A stretch of 63,985 nt of DNA, filler included, from Vicugna vicugna (taxonomy: Eukaryota), in assembly GCA_013265495.1 (NCBI GenBank). It is 81 parts of 76 records of this genome, joined end to end, with 100 filler letters (N's around TTAATTAATTAA, not from the genome) between each part and the next. Parts side by side here need not be neighbours in the genome. Positions count along the whole stretch, not along the records: positions 50,744 to 51,774 come from MU058167.1; positions 51,875 to 52,704 come from PNXW01003421.1; positions 52,805 to 53,495 come from MU058168.1; positions 53,596 to 54,551 come from MU058169.1; positions 54,652 to 55,497 come from MU058170.1; positions 55,598 to 56,361 come from PNXW01003431.1; positions 56,462 to 57,234 come from MU058172.1; positions 57,335 to 57,868 come from PNXW01003436.1; 73 more parts are not named here. The stretch is one strand, 5' to 3'. Shown here piece by piece: positions 50,744 through 63,270 of this stretch (position 1 is its first letter; each line of letters starts with the position of its first letter). The position numbers were made by a program, and so were the translations under genes. The notes below the pieces were generated by a model that searched no databases, was not told the origin of the DNA, and worked only from the letters and a program-made list of their open reading frames with translations.

Positions 50744-51774
50744 TCCAAATTCTGTATTCTGCACTCCATGTTCTAAATTCTGTGTTCTGCATTCTATAAT
50801 CTGTATTCAATATTCTGTATTCCGTATTATACATACCATATTCTATGTTCAACAATCTATATTCTAAATTCGTTATTCAGTATAATGTATTCTATATTCT
50901 AAATTCTGTGTTCTACATTCCGGGTTCTTAATTTTCAGTTCTATATTCTCTATTCTGCATTCCGTAGTCTATATACTATATAATGTGTTCTACATTGTAT
51001 ATTCTAAATTCTATATTCACAATTCTGTTTTCTATATTCTAAATTCTGTGTTCGGAATTCCATATTCTCAATTATGGGTTTTGTATTCTGTTTTCCATAT
51101 TCTATACTATGTGTTCTACATTCTACAACATAAATTCTATATTCAGNNNNNNNNNNNNNNNNNNNNNNNNNNNNNNNNNNNNNNNNNNNNNNNNNNNNNN
51201 NNNNNNNNNNNNNNNNNNNNNNNNNNNNNNNNNNNNNNNNNNNNNNNNNNNNNNNNNNNNNNNNNNNNNNNNNNNNNNNNNNNNNNNNNNNNNNNNNNNN
51301 NNNNNNNNNNNNNNNNNNNNNNNNNNNNNNNNNNNNNNNNNNNNNNNNNNNNNNNNNNNNNNNNNNNNNNNNNNNNNNNNNNNNNNNNNNNNNNNNNNNN
51401 NNNNNNNNNNNNNNNNNNNNNNNNNNNNNNNNNNNNNNNNNNNNNNNNNNNNNNNNNNTATATTCTGTATTCTATATTCTGCATTCCGTATTCTATATTC
51501 TATACTCTGTGTTCTACATTGTATATTCTAAATTTTATATTCAGTATTCTGTTTTCTATATTCTAAATTCTGTGCTCTACATTCTATATTCATATTCTAT
51601 ATTCAGTTTTCGGTATTCTATATTCTAAATTCTGTGTTCTGCATTCCAAGTTCCAAATTCTGTGTTTTATATTCTGTATTTTATATTCTATATTTTGGGT
51701 TCTACATTCTATATTCTAAATTCTATATACTGTATTCTATACGCTATATTCTGAGTTCTGTGTTCTACATTCTA
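50744..51774 (-). repeat. Satellite E heptamer
   Basis: ATATTCT periodicity. Confidence 0.95.
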
Positions 51775-51874
51775 NNNNNNNNNNNNNNNNNNNNNNNNNN
51801 NNNNNNNNNNNNNNNNNNTTAATTAATTAANNNNNNNNNNNNNNNNNNNNNNNNNNNNNNNNNNNNNNNNNNNN

Positions 51875-52704
51875 ATGCGTTTCTGACTTGTGTGCACGTG
51901 GATTACTGACCTTTCATCCCCCAAGCAAGGCATACATTCACTTAGAAATATGCATTATGTCTTCAAAGGTTTTTTCTATCACCAGGTTATAAAATCGGAC
52001 ATTTGGCACCAGAAAACACTCTTTGAGCAAATTCCCACCAATACACATATAATTTAATTTGTTTACATAACAATACACATATAATTTAATTTGTTACATA
52101 ACCATGGTATTCCATATACTGAACATGTTTCATGCAACACGGATTCCTTAAACATGCATTTCTGAGTTGTGAACATGCGCATGAAAGCTGTTTCAGCCAT
52201 AACAGGGTACCTATCCTTTTTGAAATATTTACTTAGACTTCATTGCTTCTCCCTGTCACCATTTTCAATAATCACACTTTGATCCCAGAAAAACCCTCTT
52301 GGAGCGATATCTAACCTAGAGATATGTAATTTAATAGATTCCATCTACATGGAATTCCATGTTCCGTACATGCTACATGCATGACGGATTTGAAAAACAT
52401 GCATTCCTGAGTTGAGAGCATGTGGATTTCTGATCTTTCGTCCTCTATAAAAGGATGTTTTCATCTAGACACGTGTACTCATTTTCACAAGTTTTCCTTA
52501 ACAACAGTTTCGAATTCTTGCTTCTTTCACAGAAAAATATTTCTGGAGCGATTTCAACCTAACAGATATGTAATTAACATGAATGTCATCAACATGGCAT
52601 TCCGGGTTCCGTACATGCTACATGCCGAACGGATTCGGCAAACATGCGTTTCTGAGTTCTGAGCACGTTGATTACAAATCTTTCATCCACCAAACAAGGC
52701 ATAT
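51875..52704 (-). repeat. Satellite C
   Basis: atgcgtttctga recurs at 51875/52644 (769 bp including a ~32-bp local duplication, so ~737). Confidence 0.93.
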
Positions 52705-52804
52705 NNNNNNNNNNNNNNNNNNNNNNNNNNNNNNNNNNNNNNNNNNNNTTAATTAATTAANNNNNNNNNNNNNNNNNNNNNNNNNNNNNNNNNNNNNNNN
52801 NNNN

Positions 52805-53495
52805 GCATGTGGATTACAGATCTTTCACCATCCGAACAAGGCGTATATATACATAGAATTATTTATACTGACTTCATAGTTTTTTCCTATCACCAGGTTC
52901 TAAAATCGGATATTTGACACCAGAAAACACTCTTTGAGCGAATTCTCACCAATACACATGTAATTTACATTGTTTACATAACCATGGATTTCCGTATTAC
53001 AAGCATGTTTCATGCATCACGGATTCCTCAAACATGCACTTCTGAGTTGTGAACATGCGCATGACTGATGTTTCAACCACCAAACAAGTTNNNNNNNNNN
53101 NNNNNNNNNNNNNNNNNNNNNNNNNNNNNNNNNNNNNNNNNNNNNNNNNNNNNNNNNNNNNNNNNNNNNNNNNNNNNNNNNNNNNNNNNNNNNNNNNNNN
53201 NNNNNNNNNNNNNNNNNNNNNNNNNNNNNNNNNNNNNNNNNNNNNNNNNNTCCGTGTTCCGTACATGCTACATACATGACGGATTCGACAAAAATACATT
53301 CCTGAGTTGAGGTCATCTGGATTACTAATCTTTCCTCCTCAATAAAAGGAATATTTTCATCTAGACACGTGTAAACATTTTCACAAGCTTTCCTTAAAAC
53401 AAGGTTCGAATACGTGCATTTTTCACAAAAAAAATTTCTGGAGCGATTTTCACCTAATAGGTATTTAATTTCATGAATTCCATCAACATGGCATT
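52805..53495 (-). repeat. Satellite C
   Basis: Family C motifs. Confidence 0.92.
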
Positions 53496-53595
53496 NNNNN
53501 NNNNNNNNNNNNNNNNNNNNNNNNNNNNNNNNNNNNNNNTTAATTAATTAANNNNNNNNNNNNNNNNNNNNNNNNNNNNNNNNNNNNNNNNNNNN

Positions 53596-54551
53596 CAGGG
53601 TGAGTGTGGCCTCATAGAATGAATTTGGAATTGTTCCTTCCTCTTCAATTTTTTGGAATGGTTTCAGAAAAATAGATGTTAACTCTTCAGTAAATGTATG
53701 GTATTGTTCACCTTGTGAAGCCAACTAGTCCTGGACCTTTGCTTGTGGATACTTTAAAATTACTGACTTAATTCAGTACTGGTAATTGGTCTACTCATAT
53801 TTTCTATTTCTTTCTGATTCAGCCTTGGCAAATGGTACCTTTNNNNNNNNNNNNNNNNNNNNNNNNNNNNNNNNNNNNNNNNNNNNNNNNNNNNNNNNNN
53901 NNNNNNNNNNNNNNNNNNNNNNNNNNNNNNNNNNNNNNNNNNNNNNNNNNNNNNNNNNNNNNNNNNNNNNNNNNNNNNNNNNNNNNNNNNNNNNNNNNNN
54001 NNNNNNNNNNNNNNNNNNNNNNNNNNNNNNNNNNNNNNNNNNNNNNNNNNNNNNNNNNNNNNNNNNNNNNNNNNNNNNNNNNNNNNNNNNNNNNNNNNNN
54101 NNNNNNNNNNNNNNNNNNNNNNNNNNNNNNNNNNNNNNNNNNNNNNNNNNNTTCTTTGCTCTCTCTAGCTGCTTTACATTTAAGTTTAGGTTGTTTATTT
54201 GAGATTTTTCTTGTTTCCTAAGTTAGACTTGTATTGCTATAATCTTGCCTCTTAGAACTGCTTTTGCTTCATCTCAAAACTTGTGGTCTGTTGAGTTTCA
54301 TTTTCATTGGCCTCAAAGTGTTTTCCAATTTTCTCTTTGATTTCTTCAGTGAGTCATTGATTGTGTAGTGGCATTTTGTTTAGCTCCCACGTATTTGCAG
54401 TTTTTACAGTCTTTTTTTTTCTTCTTGTAGTTGATTTCTGACCTTATAGCCTGTGATAAGAAAAGATGCTTGGTATGATTTCAAATTTCTTAAATTTACT
54501 GAGGCTTGCTTTGTGATCCAATATGTGATTGATTCTGGAGTTTACTTCATG
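53596..54551 (-). mobile_element. L1 ORF2 remnant
   Basis: ggcctcatagaatga.., tgtgaagcca..gtcctggac, cctcttagaactgcttttgc, aatttcttaaatttactgaggcttg: antisense L1 ORF2. Confidence 0.85.
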
Positions 54552-55597
54552 NNNNNNNNNNNNNNNNNNNNNNNNNNNNNNNNNNNNNNNNNNNNTTAAT
54601 TAATTAANNNNNNNNNNNNNNNNNNNNNNNNNNNNNNNNNNNNNNNNNNNNCCTGTGGCACTTTGATGTATCCTGCCCATTGTTCTGCTGGAGAGGGGCG
54701 TCCATTTGCTCATCCCTCCAGGGGACCTCCTGGGGCCTCTGCCTGCTCACGTTGTCACCAGGACTGGTTGTCACCAGGCTAAAGACCTGCCAGTGTGATG
54801 GTGGCCAATGATGTCTCTGCAGTCTGTCCATCTGCATATGTCCTCAACTTACAGGTCGAGCATCTCTAGCACACACCGGCCACCTGCACTGCCTCTCATT
54901 GGAACTGTCTGTTTGTGTTTTGTTTCTTTTCAGAACACTGGGCGTCAAGAGGTTTTTGGACCACAGTGATGTGAAGATTATCTCCGACCTTGGGTCATGA
55001 GGAAAGNNNNNNNNNNNNNNNNNNNNNNNNNNNNNNNNNNNNNNNNNNNNNNNNNNNNNNNNNNNNNNNNNNNNNNNNNNNNNNNNNNNNNNNNNNNNNN
55101 NNNNNNNNNNNNNNNNNNNNNNNNNNNNNNNNNNNNNNNNNNNNNNNNNNNNNNNNNNNNNNNNNNNNNNNNNNNNNNNNNNNNNNNNNNNNNNNNNNNN
55201 NNNNNNNNNNNNNNNNNNNNNNNNNNNNNNNNNNNNNNNNNNNNNNNNNNNNNNNNAAAATGTTCACCCGTCCCTACTTAAGATATGTGGGCAGAGAGAA
55301 AAAAAAAAGCCACCTTTTATATGATTTCATTGATAGGGAACCTCCAGGATAGGTAAAGACATAGAGAGAGAAAGGGGATTAGGGCTTCTCATGGGCTGGG
55401 GGACGTAGGATTTGGGATGGGCTTTGTATTCAAGCTTTTAGTTTGAGGAAGTCAATTGTCTAAACCAGTGGTGTTAGTCCCACAGCATTCTGAATGCNNN
55501 NNNNNNNNNNNNNNNNNNNNNNNNNNNNNNNNNNNNNNNNNTTAATTAATTAANNNNNNNNNNNNNNNNNNNNNNNNNNNNNNNNNNNNNNNNNNNN

Positions 55598-56361
55598 AGC
55601 TTTTGAAAATGTGTACACGTGTCTACATGATAATATTCCTTTGATAGAGGATGAAAGTTATTAATCCACATGCTCTCAACTCAGGAATGCATGTTTGTCG
55701 AATCCGTCATACATGTAGCATGTATGAACTCGGAATATCATGCAGATGGAATCTATTCAAATTAAATATCTCTAGTGTAGTATTCGCTCCAAGAGGGTTT
55801 TTTTGGGATTAATGTGTGATTCTGAAACTGGTGATAGGAAGAAGCCACAAAGACAAAGTAGATATTTCAATGTGCATAGGTATCTTGTATGGTTGAAACA
55901 TCAGTCATGCACATGTTCACAACTCAGGAATGCATGTTTGAGGAATCTGTTTTGCATGAAACATGTTCAGAATACGGAGTGCCACGGTTATGTAAACAAT
56001 ATAATTTACAAGTGTATTGGTGAGAATTCGCTCAAAGAGTGTTTTCAGGTGCCAAATGTCCTATTTTAGAACCTGGTGAAAGAAAAAATCTATGAAGTCA
56101 CAGTAAATATTTTTAAGTCTATATACGCCTTGTTCGGAGGATGAAAGGTCAGTAATCCACATGCTCACATGTCAGAAACACATGATTGCCGAATCCGTCA
56201 TACATGTAGCATGTACGGAACCCAATGTAGCATGTACGGAACCCGGGAATGCCATGTTGTTGAAATTCATGTAAATTGCATATCTGTTAGGTGGAAATAG
56301 CCCCAGAATAAATTTTTGAGCAAAAAGCACGAATTCGAAACTGGTGTAGGGAAAGCTTGTG
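55598..56361 (+). repeat. Satellite C
   Basis: Subunit anchors 55662, 55905 and 56153. Confidence 0.93.
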
Positions 56362-56461
56362 NNNNNNNNNNNNNNNNNNNNNNNNNNNNNNNNNNNNNNN
56401 NNNNNTTAATTAATTAANNNNNNNNNNNNNNNNNNNNNNNNNNNNNNNNNNNNNNNNNNNN

Positions 56462-57234
56462 TTAGTAATCCACATGCTCTCAACTCAGGAATGCATGTTT
56501 GAGAAAGCCGTCATGTATATAGCATGTAAGGAACACGGAATATAATGAAGATGCAATCTATTCAAATTACATATGTCTAGGGAAGAATTCGCTCCAAGAG
56601 GGTTTTTCTGGGATTAAAGTGTGATTCTTGAAACTGGTGATAGGAAGAAGCTACAAAGTCAAAGTAANNNNNNNNNNNNNNNNNNNNNNNNNNNNNNNNN
56701 NNNNNNNNNNNNNNNNNNNNNNNNNNNNNNNNNNNNNNNNNNNNNNNNNNNNNNNNNNNNNNNNNNNNNNNNNNNNNNNNNNNNNNNNNNNNNNNNNNNN
56801 NNNNNNNNNNNNNNNNNNNNNNNNNNNNNNNNNNNNNNNNNNNNNNNNNNNNNNNNNNNNNNNNNNNNNNNNNNNNNNNNNNNNNNNNNNNNNNNNNNNN
56901 NNNNNNNNNNNNNNNNNNNNNNNNNNNNNNNNNNNNNNNNNNNNNNNNNNNNNNNNNNNNNNNNNNNNNNNNNNNNNNNNNNNNNNNNNNNNNNNNNNNN
57001 NNNNNNNNNNNNNNNNNNNNNNNNNNNNNNNNNNNNNNNNNNNNNNNNNNNNNNNNNNNNNNNNNNNNNNNNNNNNNNNNNNNNNNNNNNNNNNNNNNNN
57101 NNNNNNNNNNNNNNNNNNNNNNNNNNNNNNNNNNNNGTTTTAAGGATGTGAAAATGTGTACACGTGTCTTGATGAAATTAGTACTTTTTTAGAGGAGGAA
57201 AAATTAGTAATCCAGATGACCTCAACTCAGGAAT
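56462..57234 (+). repeat. Satellite C
   Basis: Family C motifs on both sides of the gap. Confidence 0.9.
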
Positions 57235-57968
57235 NNNNNNNNNNNNNNNNNNNNNNNNNNNNNNNNNNNNNNNNNNNNTTAATTAATTAANNNNNNNNNN
57301 NNNNNNNNNNNNNNNNNNNNNNNNNNNNNNNNNNTCAGGTTCATGGAGTTTGAGGTGAAGGAGGAGATGCAGGTTCAGGAGGTGCAGTGGATAAATGGGG
57401 TGAAGGCCTGTCTCCTCCAGCCCCACCAAAGTTGGAACCTCGGGGGCCCCAGCCCCAAAAGTTGGCCCTCAGCCAGGTACCCAAGTGCACAATGGAGCTG
57501 AATGCAAAGGTAACAGGGGCTTAGGGACAGCCACTGTCCCCACATCAGTACTTTTCCCTCAAGGGGGTTACTGGTCTTTCACCCTCAACAGCCATTGAGG
57601 GGTCTCAGCTGTCCTTTGTCACCCTAGGGTACTGATTTGGTCAGTTACAAAACTCCCACCTCCCTGTCTAAGGCCACCACATACAGCCTGCCTGAGAAGC
57701 AGGCTGGATGAGGAGACAAACGGGCTGGATGGGGAGACACTTGGAAAATTGGAGGTTCCACACTTCCTCACATGTGACTCTCTTAGAACCTCCCCCTTAC
57801 CTCTCCCTCCTCATTCCCCATCACTGTTGGTGAAGATACAGTTGGCCTTGACTTGAACGACACCCACGNNNNNNNNNNNNNNNNNNNNNNNNNNNNNNNN
57901 NNNNNNNNNNNNTTAATTAATTAANNNNNNNNNNNNNNNNNNNNNNNNNNNNNNNNNNNNNNNNNNNN

Positions 57969-58395
57969 CTGTGCTCCTTGAAAATTGCGTGGACTCTTTA
58001 TCCCCACCTCCAGAACACACATGCAGAAGTTTTCTGGTATCATGAGTGTGGGCTGGCACTTTCAGGTGACAGAAGCACAGAAGCAGCTGGTTTCTAATAG
58101 AATCCCTTAGCTTGTAATCCCTGAGTGTTTCCCTAGGACTGACACTGAGAGAAACCTGGGGGTTGAGCTTTGAGGTCAAATAGTAGCGAGTGCCCCCCGA
58201 TGGACTGAGGAAGTATTTAGATGAATTCTCCATAAAGGGAATCACCTGAGAACCCATTCATCTGCGTGGAGTGGGGCTTCAAACCTCCCCACCACACAAG
58301 GTTGTGATCCAGTATCCTGAGTGTGGGGTCGTTCCTCCAACTGATATCATCCTCTTGGTTTTAATAGAATCCCTTTGCTTGTCTTCCCTGATGGT
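57969..58395 (+). repeat. Satellite B
   Basis: taatagaatccctt motif twice. Confidence 0.88.
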
Positions 58396-58495
58396 NNNNN
58401 NNNNNNNNNNNNNNNNNNNNNNNNNNNNNNNNNNNNNNNTTAATTAATTAANNNNNNNNNNNNNNNNNNNNNNNNNNNNNNNNNNNNNNNNNNNN

Positions 58496-59103
58496 CTTCC
58501 CTGATGGCATTCCTAGGCTGGAGAGGGGTGGAGTGTGGGGTTTGGGCTCTAAACCAAGTATTAGCGAGAGCCTATCAATGAGATGTGGCTGTTTAAACTA
58601 GAACCCACAACCATGGAATAACTATGCTCCCTGAAAGATGCTTTGACTCTGTTTCCCTACATCCAGCTCACACACGAAGAAGTGTTCTGGTATTCTGAGG
58701 GTAGGGAGGCTCCACAAACTGACAGCAGCACCTGGGTTCTAATAGAATCCCTTAGCNNNNNNNNNNNNNNNNNNNNNNNNNNNNNNNNNNNNNNNNNNNN
58801 NNNNNNNNNNNNNNNNNNNNNNNNNNNNNNNNNNNNNNNNNNNNNNNNNNNNNNNNNNNNNNNNNNNNNNNNNNNNNNNNNNNNNNNNNNNNNNNNNNNN
58901 NNNNNNNNNNNNNNNCCACTTCCAACACACACACGAAGACGTGTTCAGGTATCCTGAGTTTGGGCCGGCAATTTCAAGTGACAGCACCGCCTGGGTTCTA
59001 ATAATATCCGATAGCTTGTAATCCCTGAGTGTTTCCGAAGACCTGGCTCTGAGGGAATGCTGGGGTTTGGGCTTTGAGTCCATATAGTAGCGAGTGCCCC
59101 CGA
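58496..59103 (+). repeat. Satellite B
   Basis: Family B motifs. Confidence 0.88.
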
Positions 59104-59615
59104 NNNNNNNNNNNNNNNNNNNNNNNNNNNNNNNNNNNNNNNNNNNNTTAATTAATTAANNNNNNNNNNNNNNNNNNNNNNNNNNNNNNNNNNNNNNNNN
59201 NNNCTATTGTACACCTGAAACTAATATCATATTTTAAACCAGCTATATCTTCATAAAAAATTAAAAATAATTTTAAAATGTTATCACTTTAATATTGAAA
59301 TCGGTTTTTAAGTAACTACTAAACAGCTTAGAATGTATAAAAGCATTTAAGTGTGCTGTTTGTTTACATATTTATTTCGTTTCAGCCTCCTGCTAAAAGA
59401 GAAATTAAACAATTTTTTTAAACACAGCTTAACAACCATAACAACAAAAAGGCAAAGTTGAGAGTGAAGAGAAAATGGAGATTCAATACTTAAATGAAAC
59501 CAGAGGGAGATAAAGTCATAAAAATGGATTCCACGAAGTCAGGGCATGTGTTAAAGGCCGACTAGAAATTCAGCTGTAAGATTCTTGGCAGCTAAAGCAA
59601 AAAGAAAAAGATGAT

Positions 59616-59720
59616 GGGGCGGGTGGTACAGCGTGTGCTTAGTGTGCACGGGGTCCTGGGTTTAAGCCCCAGGGCCTCCACTAACTGATAAATACATCTA
59701 ATTACCTCCCCCACTAAAAG
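59616..59720 (+). mobile_element. tRNA-derived SINE, Vic-1 (camelid) type, A-box partly deleted
   Basis: ggggcgggt-ggtacagcgtgtgcttagtgtgcacggggtcctgggtttaagccccagggcctcca plus ctaattacctccccc tail; tRNA-Ala-like body with degenerate B-box. Confidence 0.75.
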
Positions 59721-59831
59721 AGCCCCAAAGAAAAGAAAAAGAGAATTTTCTCTCCCAAAAAACCCTGATATTAAATTTGGATTAAATACTTAAAGAAAGA
59801 AAAAAAGAAAAATAGAAAAGATAAGTGACAC

Positions 59832-60033
59832 TGTGAAGGAAAACCCCAGCTGGGCTAACAAGCTAAGTCACAAATCTAAGTGTGATAAGTGTCAGTTTAC
59901 TGATTTAAGTTTTGCTGGGCTACCTGAAGCTTAGTGTCAGTTTACTGGGCTAATATGCTTAATCGTAAGTCCAAGTCAACAATTGTCGATAATGTGATCT
60001 GTTCCAAATTGATGAGTTTCAGTGTACTGATTC
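59832..60033 (+). mobile_element. LTR 5' part, same insertion site as 35023-35433
   Basis: TGTGAAGGAAAACC start preceded by the same ~57-bp flank and ACAC. Confidence 0.8.
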
Positions 60034-60133
60034 NNNNNNNNNNNNNNNNNNNNNNNNNNNNNNNNNNNNNNNNNNNNTTAATTAATTAANNNNNNNNNNN
60101 NNNNNNNNNNNNNNNNNNNNNNNNNNNNNNNNN

Positions 60134-60928
60134 TGCAAACCCCCCTATCATTCCCTGGCACAGAGACATTAGTAAAATTCTCAGGGGAGATGAGCTTCGG
60201 CTTTCCGTTAGAACCCAAGTGCTGCCGACCGTTGGTGGAACCTCCCCACGCTCAGGATTCCGGAGCCATTGTCAGTGCGTGTGGGAGCTCGAGAGACAAC
60301 TCCACGCAGCTCTCTTCAGTCACAGGTGTTCCCTNNNNNNNNNNNNNNNNNNNNNNNNNNNNNNNNNNNNNNNNNNNNNNNNNNNNNNNNNNNNNNNNNN
60401 NNNNNNNNNNNNNNNNNNNNNNNNNNNNNNNNNNNNNNNNNNNNNNNNNNNNNNNNNNNNNNNNNNNNNNNNNNNNNNNNNNNNNNNNNNNNNNNNNNNN
60501 NNNNNNNNNNNNNNNNNNNNNNNNNNNNNNNNNNNNNNNNNNNNNNNNNNNNNNNNNNNNNNNNNNNNNNNNNNNNNNNNNNNNNNNNNNNNNNNNNNNN
60601 NNNNNNNNNNNNNNNNNNNNNNNNNNNNNNNNNNNNNNNNNNNNNNNNNNNNNNNNNNNNNNNNNNNNNNNNNNNNNNNNNNNNNNNNNNNNNNNNNNNN
60701 NNNNNNNNNNNNNNNNNNNNNNNNNNNNNNNNNNNNNNNNNNNNNNNNNNNNNNNNNNNNNNNNNNNNNNNNNNNNNNNNNNNNNNNNNNNNNNNNNNNN
60801 NNNNNNNNNNNNNNNNNNNNNNNNNNNNNNNNNNNNNNNNNNNNNNNNNNNNNNNNNNNNNNNNNNNNNNNNNNNNNAATATGTTCCCTGACGTTGGGGA
60901 GGCAGCCTCAGTCACTGGGATATCCTGC
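60134..60928 (+). repeat. Satellite A
   Basis: Monomers of family A. Confidence 0.95.
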
Positions 60929-61028
60929 NNNNNNNNNNNNNNNNNNNNNNNNNNNNNNNNNNNNNNNNNNNNTTAATTAATTAANNNNNNNNNNNNNNNN
61001 NNNNNNNNNNNNNNNNNNNNNNNNNNNN

Positions 61029-61170
61029 ATAGATAAGCAACCAGATTTACTGTATAGCTCAGGGAGTTATATTGAATATCTTGTAATAACTTTTAATAGT
61101 ACAAAAGAATCTGAAGCTGTACACCTGAAACTAACACAATATTGTAAATCAACTATAATTAAATTAAAAA
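61029..61170 (+). mobile_element. L1 3' end
   Basis: tactgtatagctcaggga..gctgtacacctgaaactaacacaatattgtaaatcaactat plus A-rich tail (similar piece at 59204-59265). Confidence 0.8.
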
Positions 61171-61586
61171 ACCCACCAAACAAACAAAAAAACACCAAAC
61201 CACAAAATGTATGAAAGATTTTTAATGAAACATTTGAATAAAGAAAAAAAAACAAAGTGGAATCTCAGCGGTGGGGTCAGTGGGTTGGCTGGTGAGAAGC
61301 TGCTTTTGTGGAGTTCATGCCCGGCCTCCTTTCCTACCTCCTTTCCTGCCATTATGGCCGTTCTATTCACAGGCCCATTCAGAACGAACTGAGTATGATT
61401 TGTTGAGGAAGGAGGTAGATGCAACTTTCTTGTGTCTTTAGGACGTGTGCTTGGGCCCTGTCTGAATTCAGCACTTCTGCTTGTNNNNNNNNNNNNNNNN
61501 NNNNNNNNNNNNNNNNNNNNNNNNNNNNTTAATTAATTAANNNNNNNNNNNNNNNNNNNNNNNNNNNNNNNNNNNNNNNNNNNNGC

Positions 61587-61751
61587 GTGCGCTCGGGCCT
61601 TCTGCTCAGGAAGGTGGCCGTGTTCTTCCAGGCGGGCTGGGCCCAGGATGCGGACACCATCAGCACCGCCACGCTGGAGCTCAGCGTCCTGGGCATCACC
61701 TCTGCCATCATCACCTTCACGGAGGGGCACAACCTCCCGGAGGCTCTGCTG
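61587..61751 (+). CDS. COL6A4: Collagen VI alpha chain C-terminal VWA exon (3' part), best fit COL6A4
   Basis: VRSGLLLRKVAVFFQAGWAQDADTISTATLEL..ITFTEGHNLPEALL, then phase-0 donor gtacgt; resembles recalled COL6A3 VRNGFLMRKVAVFF and, more closely, mouse Col6a4 VRSGLLVRKVAVFFQAG..STATLEL..TFTEEHNLPEA; GC3-rich codons. Confidence 0.75.
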
Positions 61752-62248
61752 GTACGTGGGGGCCGCGGCCAGGTGGGGGGGCCCAGGGTGAGTGCCATGT
61801 GCCTCGTGAACACCGGTTTACTGAATTCTTCCCTGGACTCTACAAGGTAGGTGTTACCATGCATCTCCCTTCCAGAGAGAAGAAATCCAAGGCTTAGAGA
61901 GGTTAAGTCTATCATCAAAGGTCAGATATCTTATTAGGGGTGGACTGATTTGACCTGCCTTCAGAGCCTGTGCTGAAGCACTGTGCTAACCAGTATCACG
62001 AGGTCAGTAGAATGGACTTTTCTTTCTTCTTTTTCACTCAGGCTATAAAATCCATACCCAGGTAACGTGTAGAGATGGCACACCAATCCCGTCTACGGCT
62101 GGGTGGATGTTGACATAGGGTTAAACCCCTGCAACCAAGACATGGTTCNNNNNNNNNNNNNNNNNNNNNNNNNNNNNNNNNNNNNNNNNNNNTTAATTAA
62201 TTAANNNNNNNNNNNNNNNNNNNNNNNNNNNNNNNNNNNNNNNNNNNN

Positions 62249-62439
62249 GTGACTGAAGAGAGCTGCGTGGAGTTGTCTCTCGAGCTCCACAACTCACTGA
62301 CAAATCTACCGGAATCCTGAGCGTTGGGAGGTTCCACCAACGGTCGGCAGCGCGTGGGTTATAACGGAATGCCTAAGCTCGTCTCCCCTGAGGTTTTTCC
62401 TAATGTCTCTCTGCCAGGGAATGCTAGGGGTGATTGCAG
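62249..62439 (-). repeat. Satellite A
   Basis: Partial monomer. Confidence 0.95.
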
Positions 62440-62539
62440 NNNNNNNNNNNNNNNNNNNNNNNNNNNNNNNNNNNNNNNNNNNNTTAATTAATTAANNNNN
62501 NNNNNNNNNNNNNNNNNNNNNNNNNNNNNNNNNNNNNNN

Positions 62540-63169
62540 CCCGAACAGGGAACTCCTGTGACTGAAGAGAGCTGCGTGGAGTTGTCTCTCGAGCTCCCCC
62601 ACGCACTGAAAATGGTTCCGGAATCCTGAGCGTGGGGAGGTTCCACCAACGGTCGGCAGCGCGTGGGTTCTAACGGAATGCCGAAGCTCGTCTCCCCTGA
62701 GGGTTTTCCTAATGTCTCTGTGAAAGGGAGTTCTAGGGGTGATTGCAGGATATCCCAGTGACCGAGACTGCCTCTCCAAGTTCAGGGAAGGTTTTTCTCG
62801 GACTTCCCCGAACATTAAACTCCTGTTACTGAAGAGATCTGCGTGGAGATGTCTCTCGAGCTCCCCCACATACTGACAACCATTCTGGAATCCTGAGCGT
62901 GGGGAGGTTCCTCCAACGTTCGGCAGCGCGTGGCTACTAACGGAATGCCTAATCTCGTCTCCCCTGGGGTTTTTCCTAATGTCTCTGTGCCAGGGAATGC
63001 TAGGGGTGACTGCAGGATATCCCAGTGACCGAGGCTGCCTCCCCAAGTTCAGGGAAGGTATTTGTCGGACTTCCCCGAACAGGGAAATCCTGTGACGAAA
63101 GAGAGCTTCGTGGAGGTGTTTCTAGAGATCCCCCACGCACTGACAACTGTTCCGGAATCCTGAGCGTGG
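62540..63169 (-). repeat. Satellite A
   Basis: Anchor at 62588, 62855 and 63122 (267/267 spacing). Confidence 0.97.
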
Positions 63170-63270
63170 NNNNNNNNNNNNNNNNNNNNNNNNNNNNNNN
63201 NNNNNNNNNNNNNTTAATTAATTAANNNNNNNNNNNNNNNNNNNNNNNNNNNNNNNNNNNNNNNNNNNNA

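Noticed and set aside
59616..59680. tRNA-Ala-like sequence
   Set aside because: Degenerate, A-box partly deleted and followed by a SINE tail, so a SINE rather than a tRNA gene
3691..60980. Long ORFs composed mostly of X
   Set aside because: Created by N-runs that contain no stop codons
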